A stretch of DNA of 64,000 bases from NCBI GenBank assembly GCA_964270895.1, contig OZ185442.1; one strand, given 5' to 3'. A program made the position numbers and the translations under genes. Below, in pieces: positions 23,034 to 36,529 of the stretch. Numbering within the stretch: position 1 is the first letter of the stretch; every line of letters begins with the position of its first letter. The notes under the pieces were generated by a model. It was not told the origin of the DNA and searched no databases. It saw only the letters and a list, made by a program, of their open reading frames with translations. The DNA is from Podarcis filfolensis (lineage: Eukaryota).

Positions 23034-24318
23034 CTTGTTCCAGCTGGCTTTGTGTAGTAAGCTTCTTAACTGGTTTACCTATCCACTCGACTCCTACTGC
23101 AAATAATCCATCAGTGCAGTGGTAAATTACAAAAAATTGAAGTGTTTTTTCCTTTTCCTTTTCCATTTTCATATTTAATAGAACAAAATAGCTACTTTAA
23201 AAGTGACCCCTGATACACTGCCATGTGGCAGGGGAAGCAGTGCACTCTCTCTTTCACACCCACACCCCAACTCCCATCTACATCTCTGCTCAAGGCATTT
23301 AAAACTATACGACCAGGGTACAAGTCTGACAAAAGTATGCTTGAGCAAGTCTAGCCTTTAATTATCCTGTGACGCAAAGAAGTCTGTGTCTGTTGCAACA
23401 GGCACACAGACTACTTGCTAATTTTAGCAGCTACAGATGTAGCCAAAGCAACCACAACAACAACACCCCCGCCACATGAACTGTATGGGGGATTGCAGCT
23501 CCCAGATAGTGCACCTGCTTGGCTTGCAGGAGGCCTTGGCTTTAATCCCCAGCGTCTCCACAGTTAGAAGGGGAAGGAGATGGGAAAGATCTTTCACTCT
23601 CTGCAATTGACCCTGGAGAGCCGCTTTTAGTTAACAGACCAAGAATGGGAAGCCTGCAGCCCTCTAGATGTTGTTGGACTCCAGCTCCCATCAGTCCTAG
23701 CCAGCAGGGCCAATGGTCAGGGATGATGGGGGCTGTAGTCCAACAACATCACAGAGGTCCACAGGTTCCCCACCCCTGATTCGGATCGAGAGAATTCAGA
23801 GCCACCCTAACAAGGCTGCAGCACCATTCAACTCCATAAGAATGGATATTTTGATCTGACTAAATGCATATATCTTTCTCTCAGCATCATCGCAGAGGCC
23901 CACAGGTTTCCCTTCCCTGGACAGAAGGCTCTTGGGAGCTGGGAGCACCATCCAAAAAAGAAGGCTGCCTGCTGTGTCTCTGTAGGAGTAGCTGCACTGT
24001 CTTTTATCAAGGCTGATTACAATGCAGATGGGGAACCTGTGGCCCTCTTGATGTAGCTGGACTCTGCCTCCCAACAGCTCCAGCCAGCGTGGCCAGTCCT
24101 TTGGGATGATAGGAGTTGTCCAATAAGAACTAGCCACCCAGAATGGCTAGGGCAACCCAGACAGATGAGTGGGGTACAAATAAATATTATCATTATTATT
24201 ATTATTATTAGTAGTAGTAGTAGGCTCTCCCTCTCAATGGCAGACAATACTGGGCTAGCTGAATCAGTGGCCTGGCAGGTGGCTCTGTATACATTTAGTT
24301 CCACATTCATCACTGTAC

Positions 24319-24453
24319 TTGTAGTGTAGGTTTTCAGTTCCTTTCTTCTCGTCTATATCTCCACATGCTATCAGGCAAGGGATAACGTATTTGTCAAAGT
24401 GGTTGGCGAAGCTCCGGATCAGAGATAAATGAGCTGCGATATACTCTTCGGAA
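24319..24453 (-). CDS. CFAP74: CFAP74 coding exon (135 nt, phase 2/2)
   Basis: ctctag|T...AA|gtacag. Encodes SEEYIAAHLSLIRSFANHFDKYVIPCLIACGDIDEKKGTENLHY. Confidence 0.92.
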
Positions 24454-25065
24454 CTAGAGAGGAGGGAAAAAGAACATTGATGGCAAGGAAAAAAGAAAAG
24501 CAAAACAAATCATCTCACGCATCCTTTCAGTAACAAGTCATGGCTGTGGATTTGATGCATTTATAGCAGAAGAGGAGTCATTCACAGCTAAATGAAGTTT
24601 CCCTGTTCAAATGCAGTATGCCACTGAATACCAGTAGTGTGGAACAGGCAACTGGAACAGGAGAGGTCTAGTCTTTAGGTCCTGCTGGGAAGCACACAAT
24701 TGGCCACTCTTGGAAATCTTTGATCTGATCTATCTGAGATTTTATTATGCTCCCTACCAGCGATCACTAAGAGGGAAGAGCAAGCCGGGGATGAGTCTAT
24801 GGCAGCTGCAGGCACAGTTATCTCAGACCAGAGCAGAGATGACTTTACTGGCAGGCATCAGAAAGGGCCAGTAGAGCAAGAGGCAGACAGATCTGATCCA
24901 TAGGCAGGGACTGAGGCTCTAGGTGGGGATGTAGAGAGAGTGTGGTAAATCTACAAGGGGGGCCTGGAGCAGGAGTCAAAGGGAGTAGGAATGGACAAGT
25001 GCGGAGTATTTGGAAAGATTTTCCCTGACAAGTGTACCAATAAAAAAATTTAAAATCTGTGCCAC

Positions 25066-25361
25066 GGTAAAGGTAAAGGGACCCCTTACCATTAGGTCCA
25101 GTCGCAGATGACTCTGGGCTTGTGGCGCTCATCTCGCTTTACTGGCTGAGGGAGCCGGCGTACAACTTCTGGGTCATGTGGCCAGCATGACTAAGCCGCT
25201 TCTGGCGAACCAGAGCAGCGCACAGAAACACTGTTTACCTTCCTGCCACAACGGTACCTATTTATCTACTTCTGCTGGTGTGCTTTCAAACTGCTAGGTT
25301 GGCAGGAGCAGAGACTAAGCAATGGGAGCGCACCCCGTCGCAGGGATTCGAACCGCTGACC
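25066..25361 (-). mobile_element. Sauria SINE, 5' truncated
   Basis: ggtaaaggtaaagggacccc tail; body matches the other copies. Confidence 0.9.
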
Positions 25362-26036
25362 AAATTACACAAGTAAAGGTTAATTCTGCTACCCCCATAA
25401 ATGATTCTCTGCTACTGAGTTACAGCCCTACCTGCTTAGAAGTGGGTAAAAAGAAGCCAGGATGACTGCTGGAGAGAGTTCCATCAAATGGCAAAGTTGC
25501 TGGCCACATCTTTTGTAAGGGAGACTGCTGGCTAATCCATTAGGAATCTATCCTAAATTGTAGATTATTGATTAGGTGTGGGAGCAGCCATTGTGGTGCT
25601 CTGCAAATGAGTTGCACCAGCTCTGCTTGCCTGTTTCCTGCTTGTTTGTTCTTAAGTCTTCAGTTATTCTGGGGTCCCAATGCTCTAGCAGAATCTACCA
25701 TCTCTGAAGCCTATCCTGCCTACTCTCATGCTGGGTGGCTATGAGCCACTTTTAAAAAAATTCAAATAATGCTGAAGTTTAACAAAGCATCACTCTGGGG
25801 TTTGTGGGAAACAGCAGCTCTTGGCTACTCACTTTTACCATTAGATAAATCCATAATGGGGGGAGGGGTGCTAGTGTAGGAGGATGGCCCACTGAGGACA
25901 TTGTGCTAAAGATTTCCCAAGCCTGATGCCAGCCCCAATTAGCCGTCCACACCCTGGCATGCACCCTGACAGTCACGGAGAGGTGCACTTGGTCAGCCGT
26001 GGATGAGGGAAATGGAAAATGCCTTTTCTCACGCAC

Positions 26037-26164
26037 TCTGGAGAAATGTCCTCTGGGTTGGGCGGCTGAAATGGTCGGGTGTGCTTTGAGATTTGACTGA
26101 TGGAGAGTATGCTTGATGGCCTCTTTCCATCTTTCCGGGTAAGTAGGGCTTCCTCTTTCCTTCT
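26037..26164 (-). CDS. CFAP74: CFAP74 coding exon (128 nt, phase 0/2)
   Basis: (TC)22 tggcag|AGA...GA|gtgcgt. Encodes RRKEEALLTRKDGKRPSSILSISQISKHTRPFQPPNPEDISP; bridges the flanking phases, weak similarity to human. Confidence 0.8.
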
Positions 26165-26167
26165 CTG

Positions 26168-26170
<3 letters not shown>

Positions 26171-26214
<44 letters not shown>
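26171..26214. repeat. (GA)22 microsatellite
   Basis: Direct count. Confidence 0.95.
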
Positions 26215-26216
<2 letters not shown>

Positions 26217-27230
26217 CAGGGAAGCAAAACCTTTTGATTAACTGCTGGAATGGGGGGGGGGGGGTCAGAGCAAACCTCCCCTTGCTGAAAGCAGGTGCCT
26301 AATGGGAGGGGAAAGGAAGATGATAACAGAGCTGAGTAGAGAGGAGAGTTATGGGGAAGGAATATGTTGTGCCATGAGGGCAAGACATGGACTCCACTTC
26401 CAATGAGGACCTTGTGCAGAAGTGGATCACCAGGTGCGGAGGAGTCACTATGCTTGCTTTCTGGCAGGTGGAACGCTTGGTTACGGAGGGAGTTGGCAAG
26501 GTGTCAGGAAGGTCTGCATGGTGTAAATGCACTCACGGAGCCAATCCAGTGCTCCTGCTGATGCCTTTGCCCCATACCGACTTCCCCGTTGCCTCACCCC
26601 TCCTGAAAAGCAACAGCAATTTACATTCTGGGAAGTGACTGTAGTGGCTCCTCCCCACCCAACAAGTTGCTTCTGGCTCTGTGAGCCCTTCTCGTAATGG
26701 ACTGCTTGTCGATAGGGGCTGATTTGTGGGCAAGAGCAGGGATATGGTAGAAATAGGCATGTCTGGAGAGCAAAATGTTAACAGGAGGTTGATGAGGAAA
26801 GACCATCACTATCTCCAGTACCAGAGGCAATGTGCCTTTGAATATCAGTTGCTGAAGAATGGGTAGTAGAGACTGGTTCACTAGGGCAAATGGGGCACTG
26901 CCCCACCAACCTCAGTCTGCCTGCAGACAGGTCCCCCCCTGTCTTCTAACTTACAACCACTGCCTGCCAGCATCCTCTTCCTTAGTGTCAGTGTCACCAT
27001 TAAAGGATGGGGACAAAACTAGAATTGGTTGGCTTTCACTGTCAACGGCTTTGACCCTCCCTACTTCTTGGGCTCCCTTGCCTTCGGTTCCACCAGCTGC
27101 ATCAGCCACCACTGCGCGGCTTGGCAATTCCTAAAACTGCACCTGCCTCTCCACACAGTGTGACATGGGTACGGCAGATGTTCTTTGCAATGAGCAACAC
27201 GCAGGAGGCATAGATCCCTCCCACACTTAC

Positions 27231-27365
27231 CTGCAGTTCCAACTCCCGAGCCTTCCTCTCCATCTGAGCCTTTGCTTCAGCAGCCTGGCATAGCAGGTGG
27301 ACTGCCTCCAGCCTGATAAGCTGATCACACAACACTGGACGGAAGGACACTTCCAGCATGCATTT
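27231..27365 (-). CDS. CFAP74: CFAP74 coding exon (135 nt, phase 0/0)
   Basis: gccag|AAA...CAG|gtaagt. Encodes KCMLEVSFRPVLCDQLIRLEAVHLLCQAAEAKAQMERKARELELQ. Confidence 0.92.
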
Positions 27366-28429
27366 CTGGCATGTGGGGGAGGAAAGAGGAGGCCGGAAAG
27401 AAAGAGAACATGCAGAATGAACTTGGGTAGTTAAATGGAGTTCAGACTTATGCTACATTTAACAGACACTCCAATCCATAATAGAGAACAAAGCAGGAGG
27501 CCTGCTGGATCTGGCCAAAGCATCCTGTTCTCACTGTTATCCACCTCAATGCTATGAGGATAAAATGTGGAAGAAGGAAACCATAGATGCCCCTTTGAGC
27601 TCCAATGGAAATCCCACAGCAGGAAATGAGTAGAACAGCACTCTAGCACACATGATACCTAGCAACTGTTATTCAGAGGCATACTGGAGGTAATATAGAT
27701 ATTATGACTGGTAGCCTTCATGGATTTGTCAAATTCCCCTTCAAAGTCATCCAAATTGGTAGCCAGAACTATAGTTTGTGGCAGCGAATTCCACAGTTTA
27801 ACTGTGTGCTGTGTGAAGATGTAGCTCCCTTTGACTGTTGTGAATCTCCCACCATTCCGCTGCCCTGTAAGACCCCATGAGGTTACAGTATTGTGAAAGA
27901 GGCCTATCCACGTTCTCCAAACTACGCATAATCTTATACGCCTCTATCATGTTCCCCATTACTCAATTTGCTTTCTAAACTAAAACTCGCCAAGGCATTG
28001 TAACCATTCCTCAAAGGGGAGTTACTCCAGTCCCTTGATCATTCTGGTTGCCCTTTTCTGCCCTTACACTGTATGGTGCCCCACAAGGCCTGTCAATTCT
28101 GTGCCTCCCTCTGGACTCACAAAATATACATTGTATAGCAAATGAACACAATCCAGTTCATGTCCATGTTACTTCCTAAATCTGGGGTTTTACGCTTGCA
28201 GCATAGGCTCTCCTTATTAAGAAGCCTGAACTATATCTAGTGGAGAACAAAAAAAGGACTCTGATTACATTTCTTCTTTAAAAATGTGAATTAAAGCTAC
28301 ATGTGCTCTCAACACTTTATTTTCCTTTAAGGGAGGTGCATCAGGCCAGATACATAGGCTGTAGTACTCCATAAGCATGAAGGTTCTATTTTTATCCAGA
28401 TCTTTAATAGGCTGAGAGTGTGTGTTTAC

Positions 28430-28706
28430 CTTTCCAGGCAGGACAGTTCCGACACATGGCATGATCGTAATAGGAGAGTCTTCTGGAACAAGGAACTGGA
28501 AGGAAGTTGGCCCAACGGGGGCCACTTCTCCTTTGCCAACTCTTGGGACACTGTGAGTGAACTGATTGACACTGACGTGATTGTTGATCACAAAGATATT
28601 TGCTGCTGACACGTCGTTGAGAGCAGTGGCAGAAAACTGGACCAAGGTATGAGAGAGCTCAAGAGGAGGGTGGACTCCGACTGCCTTGCATGACAGCTTG
28701 AATTCT
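28430..28706 (-). CDS. CFAP74: CFAP74 coding exon (277 nt, phase 2/0)
   Basis: tttttag|A...AAG|gtaaac. Encodes EFKLSCKAVGVHPPLELSHTLVQFSATALNDVSAANIFVINNH...GPTSFQFLVPEDSPITIMPCVGTVLPGK. Confidence 0.96.
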
Positions 28707-30179
28707 CTAAAAATGGAAACACAGCTGAAAAAATCCGGTCACAGCACAATACACAGCCTGTTGCCAAGACTTTAAATAAGCCCTATGACAAGTATCTCAT
28801 TGCTTTCAAGTAAAAAGATATTTCGCTGCCCATTCCAGGTTCTGTGGCACCCCTATGGCTCAAGACTATACGGAAATCAAACCATGATGACACAAGATGG
28901 AAACAGCCCCTCTAATCCCAATGTTCAGGTGTGAGTGTGGTTGCTTAAGTAGCCAAAATGGCTCCATACCCATGCAGAATAAAGAGTTTTCATCAGAGGA
29001 CAAAAAAGGTTGCACCAACCAAGTTATTCTTAGAGTAGATCCACTGGGTTGGTCTTCAATGTTAGCCCTATGCAAAATAGACCCACTGAAATTAATGGAC
29101 ATGGCTAATGTACTCTTAGTAAAATTTAAATGATACAATCAATTGCAATTAATGGACCTAAGTTTGCTATGTCTTTTATTTTCAACGAGTACACCCTGAA
29201 TAGACCTGAAGATGTATAAAACTCAAAACCTTTCTTAACAAAAAGCTTAAAGGGGAAACATTCCCCAAACAGCCCTACAAAAACATGCATCCTGGATGAA
29301 CACACTGCACAGGAGCACTTCATGCTGCAACATTTTGCTCTCAGTCCCACTTCTGGAATACTTAATTTTCACTGAAAAGATGCTGCTGATGCTGAAACAT
29401 GACTGCAGAAATGCTGAAAGAAGTTGGAATGTTCTCTGGTGGTTTATTACAAGTAGAGCAACTGGAAATATTCACTTTTAAGTTTTGGGTTTGTTTCTAA
29501 CATGCAAAGCTCCGGAGCGGGGGAAGCTTTGCTGCGAAGAAGCGACAGGTAGCAATGCATGTTTAACTCAGTCCCACAGCTGCTAATTTTCCTATGCAGT
29601 TCTTCCACCCTGGCTGATTTCCCCTCAGCAGGGCTCCAAGATTGGTGGCATTTCCAGGCTGTCATTGTTTTCATGTAGGATTCAATCACACACCAGCAAT
29701 TCCAGACTGCACAATTATAGTTGATGGGAGGGAGGGGTCGGGTCTTTTGCAACAAGCCTTCTTTCCCCCAAAGGTTGAAAAGTGGCAGGGAAATGCAGTT
29801 TGAAAGTGTGGGGTAGCACTTTCATGCCACATCATCTAATCTCCCTGTGAGGAATTCAGATTGCATGCTCATTAAATAGCCCATATCATCTGATCTCTCA
29901 GCAAACAAATCAGGATGAATGCTCAACGAACAGGTCATTTGGAAGCATTCTGAGGGTCCTGGCTAAGCAAAGGAAAGTGGCCTCTGCGTGCATGTGCATG
30001 CAGAATGCAAGCACCCTGCCCCCAAAGCAGTAAACAGGTATAGGTTGGCCTTCACCTCCTTCCCACTAACTGCAATGTGTTTTGGCCATTTGGGGCAAAC
30101 CTGAATCAGACCGGGGGATCAAACCTGGTTATCCTGCCTCATTGGCAGAACCCTTGATGGCTTGAAACTCTGTGCGCAC

Positions 30180-30313
30180 CTGTTGATTTCAGTCTTGCAA
30201 GTCAGCTCAAAATTGTATTCTTTTGCCCGCTGGGCTTTGAAGATGATGTCCAGCTGCAACTGTTCAAGAGGCAGGAGCATTCCAAATCCATCATTGGGCT
30301 GAATTTCTACAAA
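30180..30313 (-). CDS. CFAP74: CFAP74 coding exon (134 nt, phase 0/2)
   Basis: ctgaaag|TTT...AG|gtgcgc. Encodes FVEIQPNDGFGMLLPLEQLQLDIIFKAQRAKEYNFELTCKTEIN. Confidence 0.95.
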
Positions 30314-30473
30314 CTTTCAGAAGGAGGCAAAAAAGCATCACTCTCTCAGACAAACTAGCCATAATCCAAATGTTAACCCTCCAGAAAATAACCTACCTAT
30401 TCTAAACCCTCCCAATTTGGATCCCGCCCCCAACCCAACTCCGTAAGTGGTAGAAAAAAAATCACACTCATTT

Positions 30474-30795
30474 ATATATAAAAGGATGTCACATAGAGGA
30501 GGGAGAAAGGTTGTTTTCTGCTGCTCCAGAGAAGCGGACACGGAGCAATGGATCCAAACTACAAGAAAGAAGATTCCACCTAAACATTAGGAAGAACTTC
30601 CTGACAGTAAGAGCTGTTCGACAGTGGAATTTGCTGCCAAGGAGTGTGGTGGAGTCTCCTTCTTTGGAGGTCTTTAAGCAGAGGCTTGACAACCATATGT
30701 CAGGAGTGCTCTGATGGTGTTTCCTGCTTGGCAGGGGGTTGGACTTGATGGCCCTTGTGGTCTCTTCCAACTCTATGATTCTATGATTCTATGAT
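30474..30795 (+). mobile_element. CR1 LINE 3' end
   Basis: Open ORF2 C-terminus KGCHIEEGERLFSAAPEKRTRSNGSKLQERRFHLNIRKNFLTVRAVRQWNLLPRSVVESPSLEVFKQRLDNHMSGVL*, then gggggttggac and an (ATTCTATG)n tail. Confidence 0.95.
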
Positions 30796-31460
30796 CTTCT
30801 CACAATATAAAAACAAAGACACTGCATGTACTTTTGTCACTTATGGAAAAATCTTTCAATAAAAACGTTTTTTTAAAAGAAAGGGAGTAAAAGAGAAAAA
30901 TAAATGTACAGTATTGAGAATATACCAAAAGGAAAAAAAGCACTATAGATCAAATGGAAACAGGGGAAATGCGTTGCCTAATAATGCACTTATCAGGAAC
31001 AAATATTCATTTGGTCCTAGCCCATGCGTATTGTGATGATCAGGGCTGTGTGTTTGCATATATTCTGAGTGGAGTACAGAAAACCCTAGAGTGCAGTACT
31101 GGGAACACAATTATGCTGAAAATCTCCATTTAAAAAAAGTTCCTAGCCTTCATGGCTATAAAATGGTATACTTTGAAAGTGTGGGTGAAACGAACATAGC
31201 TCCTCGCCACTTTTCCATAATGTGCAAACCCAGAATGAATTAACATGTTAGAATATATTATGCAACACACACTAAATGATATACATTTGCTTAGTTTGAT
31301 AATTTGTGCACTTTACAGAACTGAGCTGTTCATGGGACAGATTTTATTCAAAATGAGATATATGCAGCTCTGATAGTAATCATTTGGGTGCAGTTCTCTC
31401 CCTCATTACAAAACTTCATGGAATATTTATTGTGTTAGAAACTGAGAAGAAGGTATTTAC

Positions 31461-31634
31461 CTCTGGGAGTTCCACAAATCCAAATTCCTGGGGAAGGATG
31501 GCTTTGTTTGTTAGTGTGATTGTTGTTTGGACAGCTTCGTAGATAGAGCAAAATCCAAAATCCACTTCGGTTGGTGTGATCTCCAAATCTGAGGTTGTAA
31601 CGATTGCATGGACCGTAAATTCAACTGGCTTACT
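31461..31634 (-). CDS. CFAP74: CFAP74 coding exon (174 nt, phase 0/0)
   Basis: tttcag|AGT...GAG|gtaaat. Encodes SKPVEFTVHAIVTTSDLEITPTEVDFGFCSIYEAVQTTITLTNKAILPQEFGFVELPE. Confidence 0.96.
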
Positions 31635-32826
31635 CTGAAACAAGAACACAAGTTGTGTTGTGGTGTAATGATTGAATTAGGACAGAAGAGATTCAGATCC
31701 AAATCTCCATTCAAATATGGAGCGCACTGGGTGACATTGAGTCAACTCAAGTTTATTGTTCCAATAATTTTGTTACGAGATCTCTCCCCATCCTTACTAT
31801 CTTAAGTGCAATTCCTAGAGATCCCTAGACAGAAAGAATTACCATTAAAACAATGTGTCCACCTTGTAGATATGCTCTAAGAGAGATGCATCAAGAGAAA
31901 CATATACATTAAAAAATTAAAACTGAAAACATCAGAATGACTTATGGGAATTATTGGGAATGATTATGAAAAGCGGTAGAAGTACGAGATGAGATGATCA
32001 GATCTCCCCCAACCTCAGAGCATGGTGAAGTCCCCCTGAAAAATTTATAATTTGGCATAATATTTGGATTGATTATTGAATAATATGTATAATTCGGAAT
32101 ATACGATGTGGTTTGATTGGATTGTTAAAATGGAAAGTTTAATAAAGATCATATATATAAAAAAACCCTGAACACTGTGCTTTAGATTACAGTCCTAGAC
32201 TTTGTATCCCTTCAAGGCAACTCCTGCTGGCCTGGGGAGCTCTCCTAGGTTCTGAAGAAAACCATTCTGACCCAATCCCTGCACTTCACGGATGAGGAAC
32301 ATTTTTTAGCTGAGGAGCTACATTCATTTATGGGTAACCTTCAAGGGGTGGGTGGGGGTCAGTGCCAAAGTGGGTGGGGCTGGAGGTAGGGCAAACTGAT
32401 GTGCCTCTCACCTTCCTACAGTAGGCTACATTCGAGTCATGCCAAACTCAGAAGTTCCTGCATACACATTTTCCCATGCAACACCCAGGCAAGCAAGAAA
32501 CATTATTATAACTCCAGCCATGCCCTTGAAGAAGGGTACAGAGCTAGGTCAGCAAAGAGGGATGCTCTGGGGACAGTGAGTACAGCCTAAAGTCTTGAGG
32601 GTCAGATAGAGAAGCCCCCATCATAGGGTGGGCACATTTGGCTTCCAGACCTGATGGTCCCCACCTCAGCTGTACTTGGTTCTCTGTTTCCTACCACTGA
32701 TGGATATTATGCTACTCAAACCATTTCCCTCAGACCTGGACCACACCCAGCAGGCTCTCATCCTGCCTGAGCAGGACACAATCTTCCCTTGTTCTCTAAC
32801 AACAAGCAGCTGAATCTTGCACCAAC

Positions 32827-32914
32827 CTGATCTGAAACCATGACCATCATTGGGACTTCCAGAACTCTTGTTTTTACATCAAAGTACTTCCTTGCATCTT
32901 CTCGAAGAGAGTGC
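32827..32914 (-). CDS. CFAP74: CFAP74 coding exon (88 nt, phase 2/0)
   Basis: tttcag|G...CAG|gttggt. Encodes HSLREDARKYFDVKTRVLEVPMMVMVSDQ. Confidence 0.95.
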
Positions 32915-35900
32915 CTGAAACAGCAAAGTATCACATACTCTTTAAAGAGCCAAGCAGAAGGAATCAGACAGAAGGAAATCATTATGAAAGCCTTTTAACA
33001 TGGCTGACTTTTGTCCTGTTAGCATGTAGCCAAACCTTACAAGAAGACGGGGACAGTACTTGAGAAGCTGTTTGGGGCTTTTTCAGCTCAAACAAAATGA
33101 GGTACATTGTGCTTGAAGAATGTCTGCTGAACCTGTGCAAGTAATGCTATCTGGAAATATGCTTCCAGGGGAAATTTTGGCCCTCCAGATGCTGGGCTAC
33201 AACTCTCATCATTCCCAACCATTAGGCGTGCTGGCTGGGGCTGATTGGAATTGGAGTCCAACTACATATGGAGGGTCAAAGGTTCCCTAGCCCTACAGTA
33301 CAGGCTTGAAATGTATTTCACCCAGATAACAAATGCTCATAGAAAAGATTCACATTAAGTGTTTAGATCATTCAAATGACGTTAATAATTGCCTATCTCT
33401 TTCAAAACCTTAAACAACAACTTCCCCCACCCAATACTGCATCAAATCGCTGAATAACAACTGATTCCTGCAATGTAGATAGTGTAAAATCCAGGCTTGT
33501 TTCGTGCGACAGTGTATTTTTAAGTACCAATTCCATGTGGGAACTGCAAAGCACATGAAAGGGTCTTGGCCTCTGTTTCTTTGCGTGTAATTCCCATTAA
33601 TGCTCTCATAAGTGTTTTCGGCTTGCATTACTAAAGGGAGCTGATTATGGGGCCATGTTGTATTTACCAGCGTTTTAAGAAAGTATTAACCGATATATTG
33701 CTCTTTTCCTAGCAAAATATTGACGACTATAAATAGGGCTTTAGAAACTTGCTCGATAATCAGTATGCAAGCTTCCTTGGCCCCAGCTGTAGTCAGGAGC
33801 ACAGATGAGACACCCATCTTGGGCAATCTGTTCCTTTTGACATTGACGTTAATTAATTACCAGCTCTTCTGAGTCAGTATCAATAGGAAGGCAATACCAC
33901 ACAGATACTGAAATAAGAGCAGGCTGCAAGGAGAGTCGTAAAGACCATCTCCGTCTGTCTGATTACCCACCACGGAGAGGGGATGTGTAGGGATTCGCTT
34001 GCCAGAGCTTCTTGCCTAGCGCAAGCCTTGTTTGCAATTTTGAGCCAAATTAGTACAAACAATGTATCATTTTTAGAACCCCCATCCTATTTATAATCTC
34101 TGGATCCTATAACACAGAGTGATTTTTCCCATTTTGTCTCCAGGGAGACAGTGTTCTGTCTTGGAGTCTTCGCTTTGAAAAAATGGGTCGCTAGTGAGAC
34201 GGTACAAGGTCATATAGATTTGGTTTCCCTCCTTTTATAATATCATAAAAAGTGGAGGCAATGCTGTGAAAATGTTGTAGATGTATGGTTTTCAAATTTA
34301 AAGAGGAGGAGGTAACCTCAAAATAGATTCCAAAGGGAAAAATTATTTAATGAGTTGCCCAGTATATGTTGACAAAATCTTTGTCTAGAGCAACTGTAAT
34401 ATTGTTAGACTATCAAAATCAAATCAGGGAAAACAATATTCTGTAAGATGATAAAACAATATTTATAAAAGAGAGGGAGAGAAACTGAGTAAACGATCAG
34501 CATACAATACAAAATTGCCAAATCTGAGTCATGTAAATACATTTGAAATCCTTTTTTGAAGAAATGATTGGCAACGGATTTATGATTTTTTCCTACTCAG
34601 AGCAGACCCAATGAAATTCATGGCCATGACTAACTTGCTCTGAGCAACACTTAGTTGGAGACGCTTAGAATATAATAGTTTATGACAACCTATTTTCAAG
34701 CCAGCCATTAAATGAACACCTTCAGCTAGCAAATTATGCAATATTCTTGAGAAAAAAGACAAATTTTGCATATCAAAAGGGCATCTTTTAGATTAGAAAC
34801 CTGCAACAATTATATCAAGTTGTCCTCTTTTGTAGTCAAGCATTGTCACAAAAGCCATTGTATGTTTTTTGTTTTGTTTTTTTTCAGAAGAGAGCAAGGA
34901 TCCATTCATGAAACTCAGGCTTCTGCTAGAATTTGTCTTCCCAAACAACCCCTGTGACCAAAAGCCCCTCTTTTGGAACCCCTCAGAAGCTTCTCAGGGT
35001 TTCCTTCATGAGAAAATTATTGATGGCAGATAAGTTTCTCCAAGCCCATTGGTACTGATCTTTCCCCTATTGCAATGGGCAGCCATGTGGGGAGTGCCAG
35101 GCGTGTTTCTAGATCACACATTTAGTTGACATGGAGTGATGGCAGAGCCAACAGGTGGTCAGTTGCAACCACAGGTTTGGCATCTGCTCAGAAAATGGAT
35201 GGATACAAGGACCATATACAAATTGCACATTGATACTTATAGACACATAAACACAAAGGGAAGCAGGTGTTTACAACTGCACACATTAACACCCAATCAG
35301 AAATTAAGCGAAGCAGGGCAGTGATAAAAAGTATCTGCAAATTAATGACTCTTAGGTGGTGTGGTGTGATGGACACAGGGACATGGAAAACTATCTCATA
35401 CCTTTGACCCTCTAAATGTTGCTGAATCACAATGTCTATCAGGTCTAGAAAGCATGGCCAGTGGTTGGGAAGTGGTTGGGGATTATGGGTGTTGTAGTTC
35501 ATCTTTAACATTTTCAACACCAAACTTTAGTAAACCCTCCCTGTAACCCTGCTCTGCCTTCCATGCACCCCATCCCCTTTTATCCGATCTCTGCTTGGTG
35601 AACCAGTCAGGGGCTTATTTCATGAGTCAGAACCTCCTTAATCTCATCAAATCTCCTTTGAAGCTTTCCCCCAGCCCCCCCGAAATGCAGATTAACATTT
35701 TAAATCCAAGCTGTGTCGCCTCTATCCACTTGACAAAACTATAGCAGTGTTTCACAACATTTGAAGTTTAGGGACTGGAAACTGTCATAATAATGGTAAC
35801 TCTCTTTCTATAATGGGATAGGAATTTAATTCTGCACAGAGACATGCAGTGTTTGCATTTCTTAAGGCTCTACTGCAAAAAGTGCTCTGGTAATTTATTC

Positions 35901-36269
35901 CACCAGAATGCAAATAACAGATGCTGATGCTGCTTTCATCTTGGTCTATGTAGTTCCGTGGTTCTCTAAAGTCTCAGGCAGAATCCTTCCCAACCCTGTG
36001 ACCTGATGGCCTTTATCCCAGGGACTGGAAAACTGCAGATAGAAGGACCTTTTCCATGCATAGTCTGAAAAAGAGGCCTTACACTAAATCTGTATGTTGT
36101 AAGAACAGAAGTAGAGCCCTGCTGAATCAGGCCGAAGGCCCATCTAATCCTACATCCTGTTCTCACAGTGGTCAACCAGATGTCTCAATGGGAAGTCTGC
36201 AAGCAGGAACTGAGTGGAAGAGCCCTCTCCCGTCTTGTAATTCCCAACAACTGGTATTCAGAGGTATTA

Positions 36270-36529
36270 CTGTATTTTTCGCTCTACAAGACACACCAGA
36301 CCATAAGACGCACCTAGTTTTTGGAGGAGGAAAACAAGAAAAGAAAAAATTCTGAATTTCAGAAGCCAGAACAGCAAGAGGGATCGCTGCGTAGTGAAAG
36401 CAGCAATCCCTCTTGCTGTTCTGGCTTCTGTGATAGCTGTGCAGCCTGCATTCGCTCCATAAGACGCACACACATTTCCCCTTACTTTTTAGGAGGGAAA
36501 AAGTGAGTCTTATAGAGCAAAAAATACGG
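36270..36529. mobile_element. TcMar-Tigger-like MITE (260 bp) nested in an old CR1 3' fragment
   Basis: TA|CTGTATTTTTCGCTCTA ... TAGAGCAAAAAATACGG|TA; the CR1-like host continues on both sides (~36100-36795). Confidence 0.85.
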
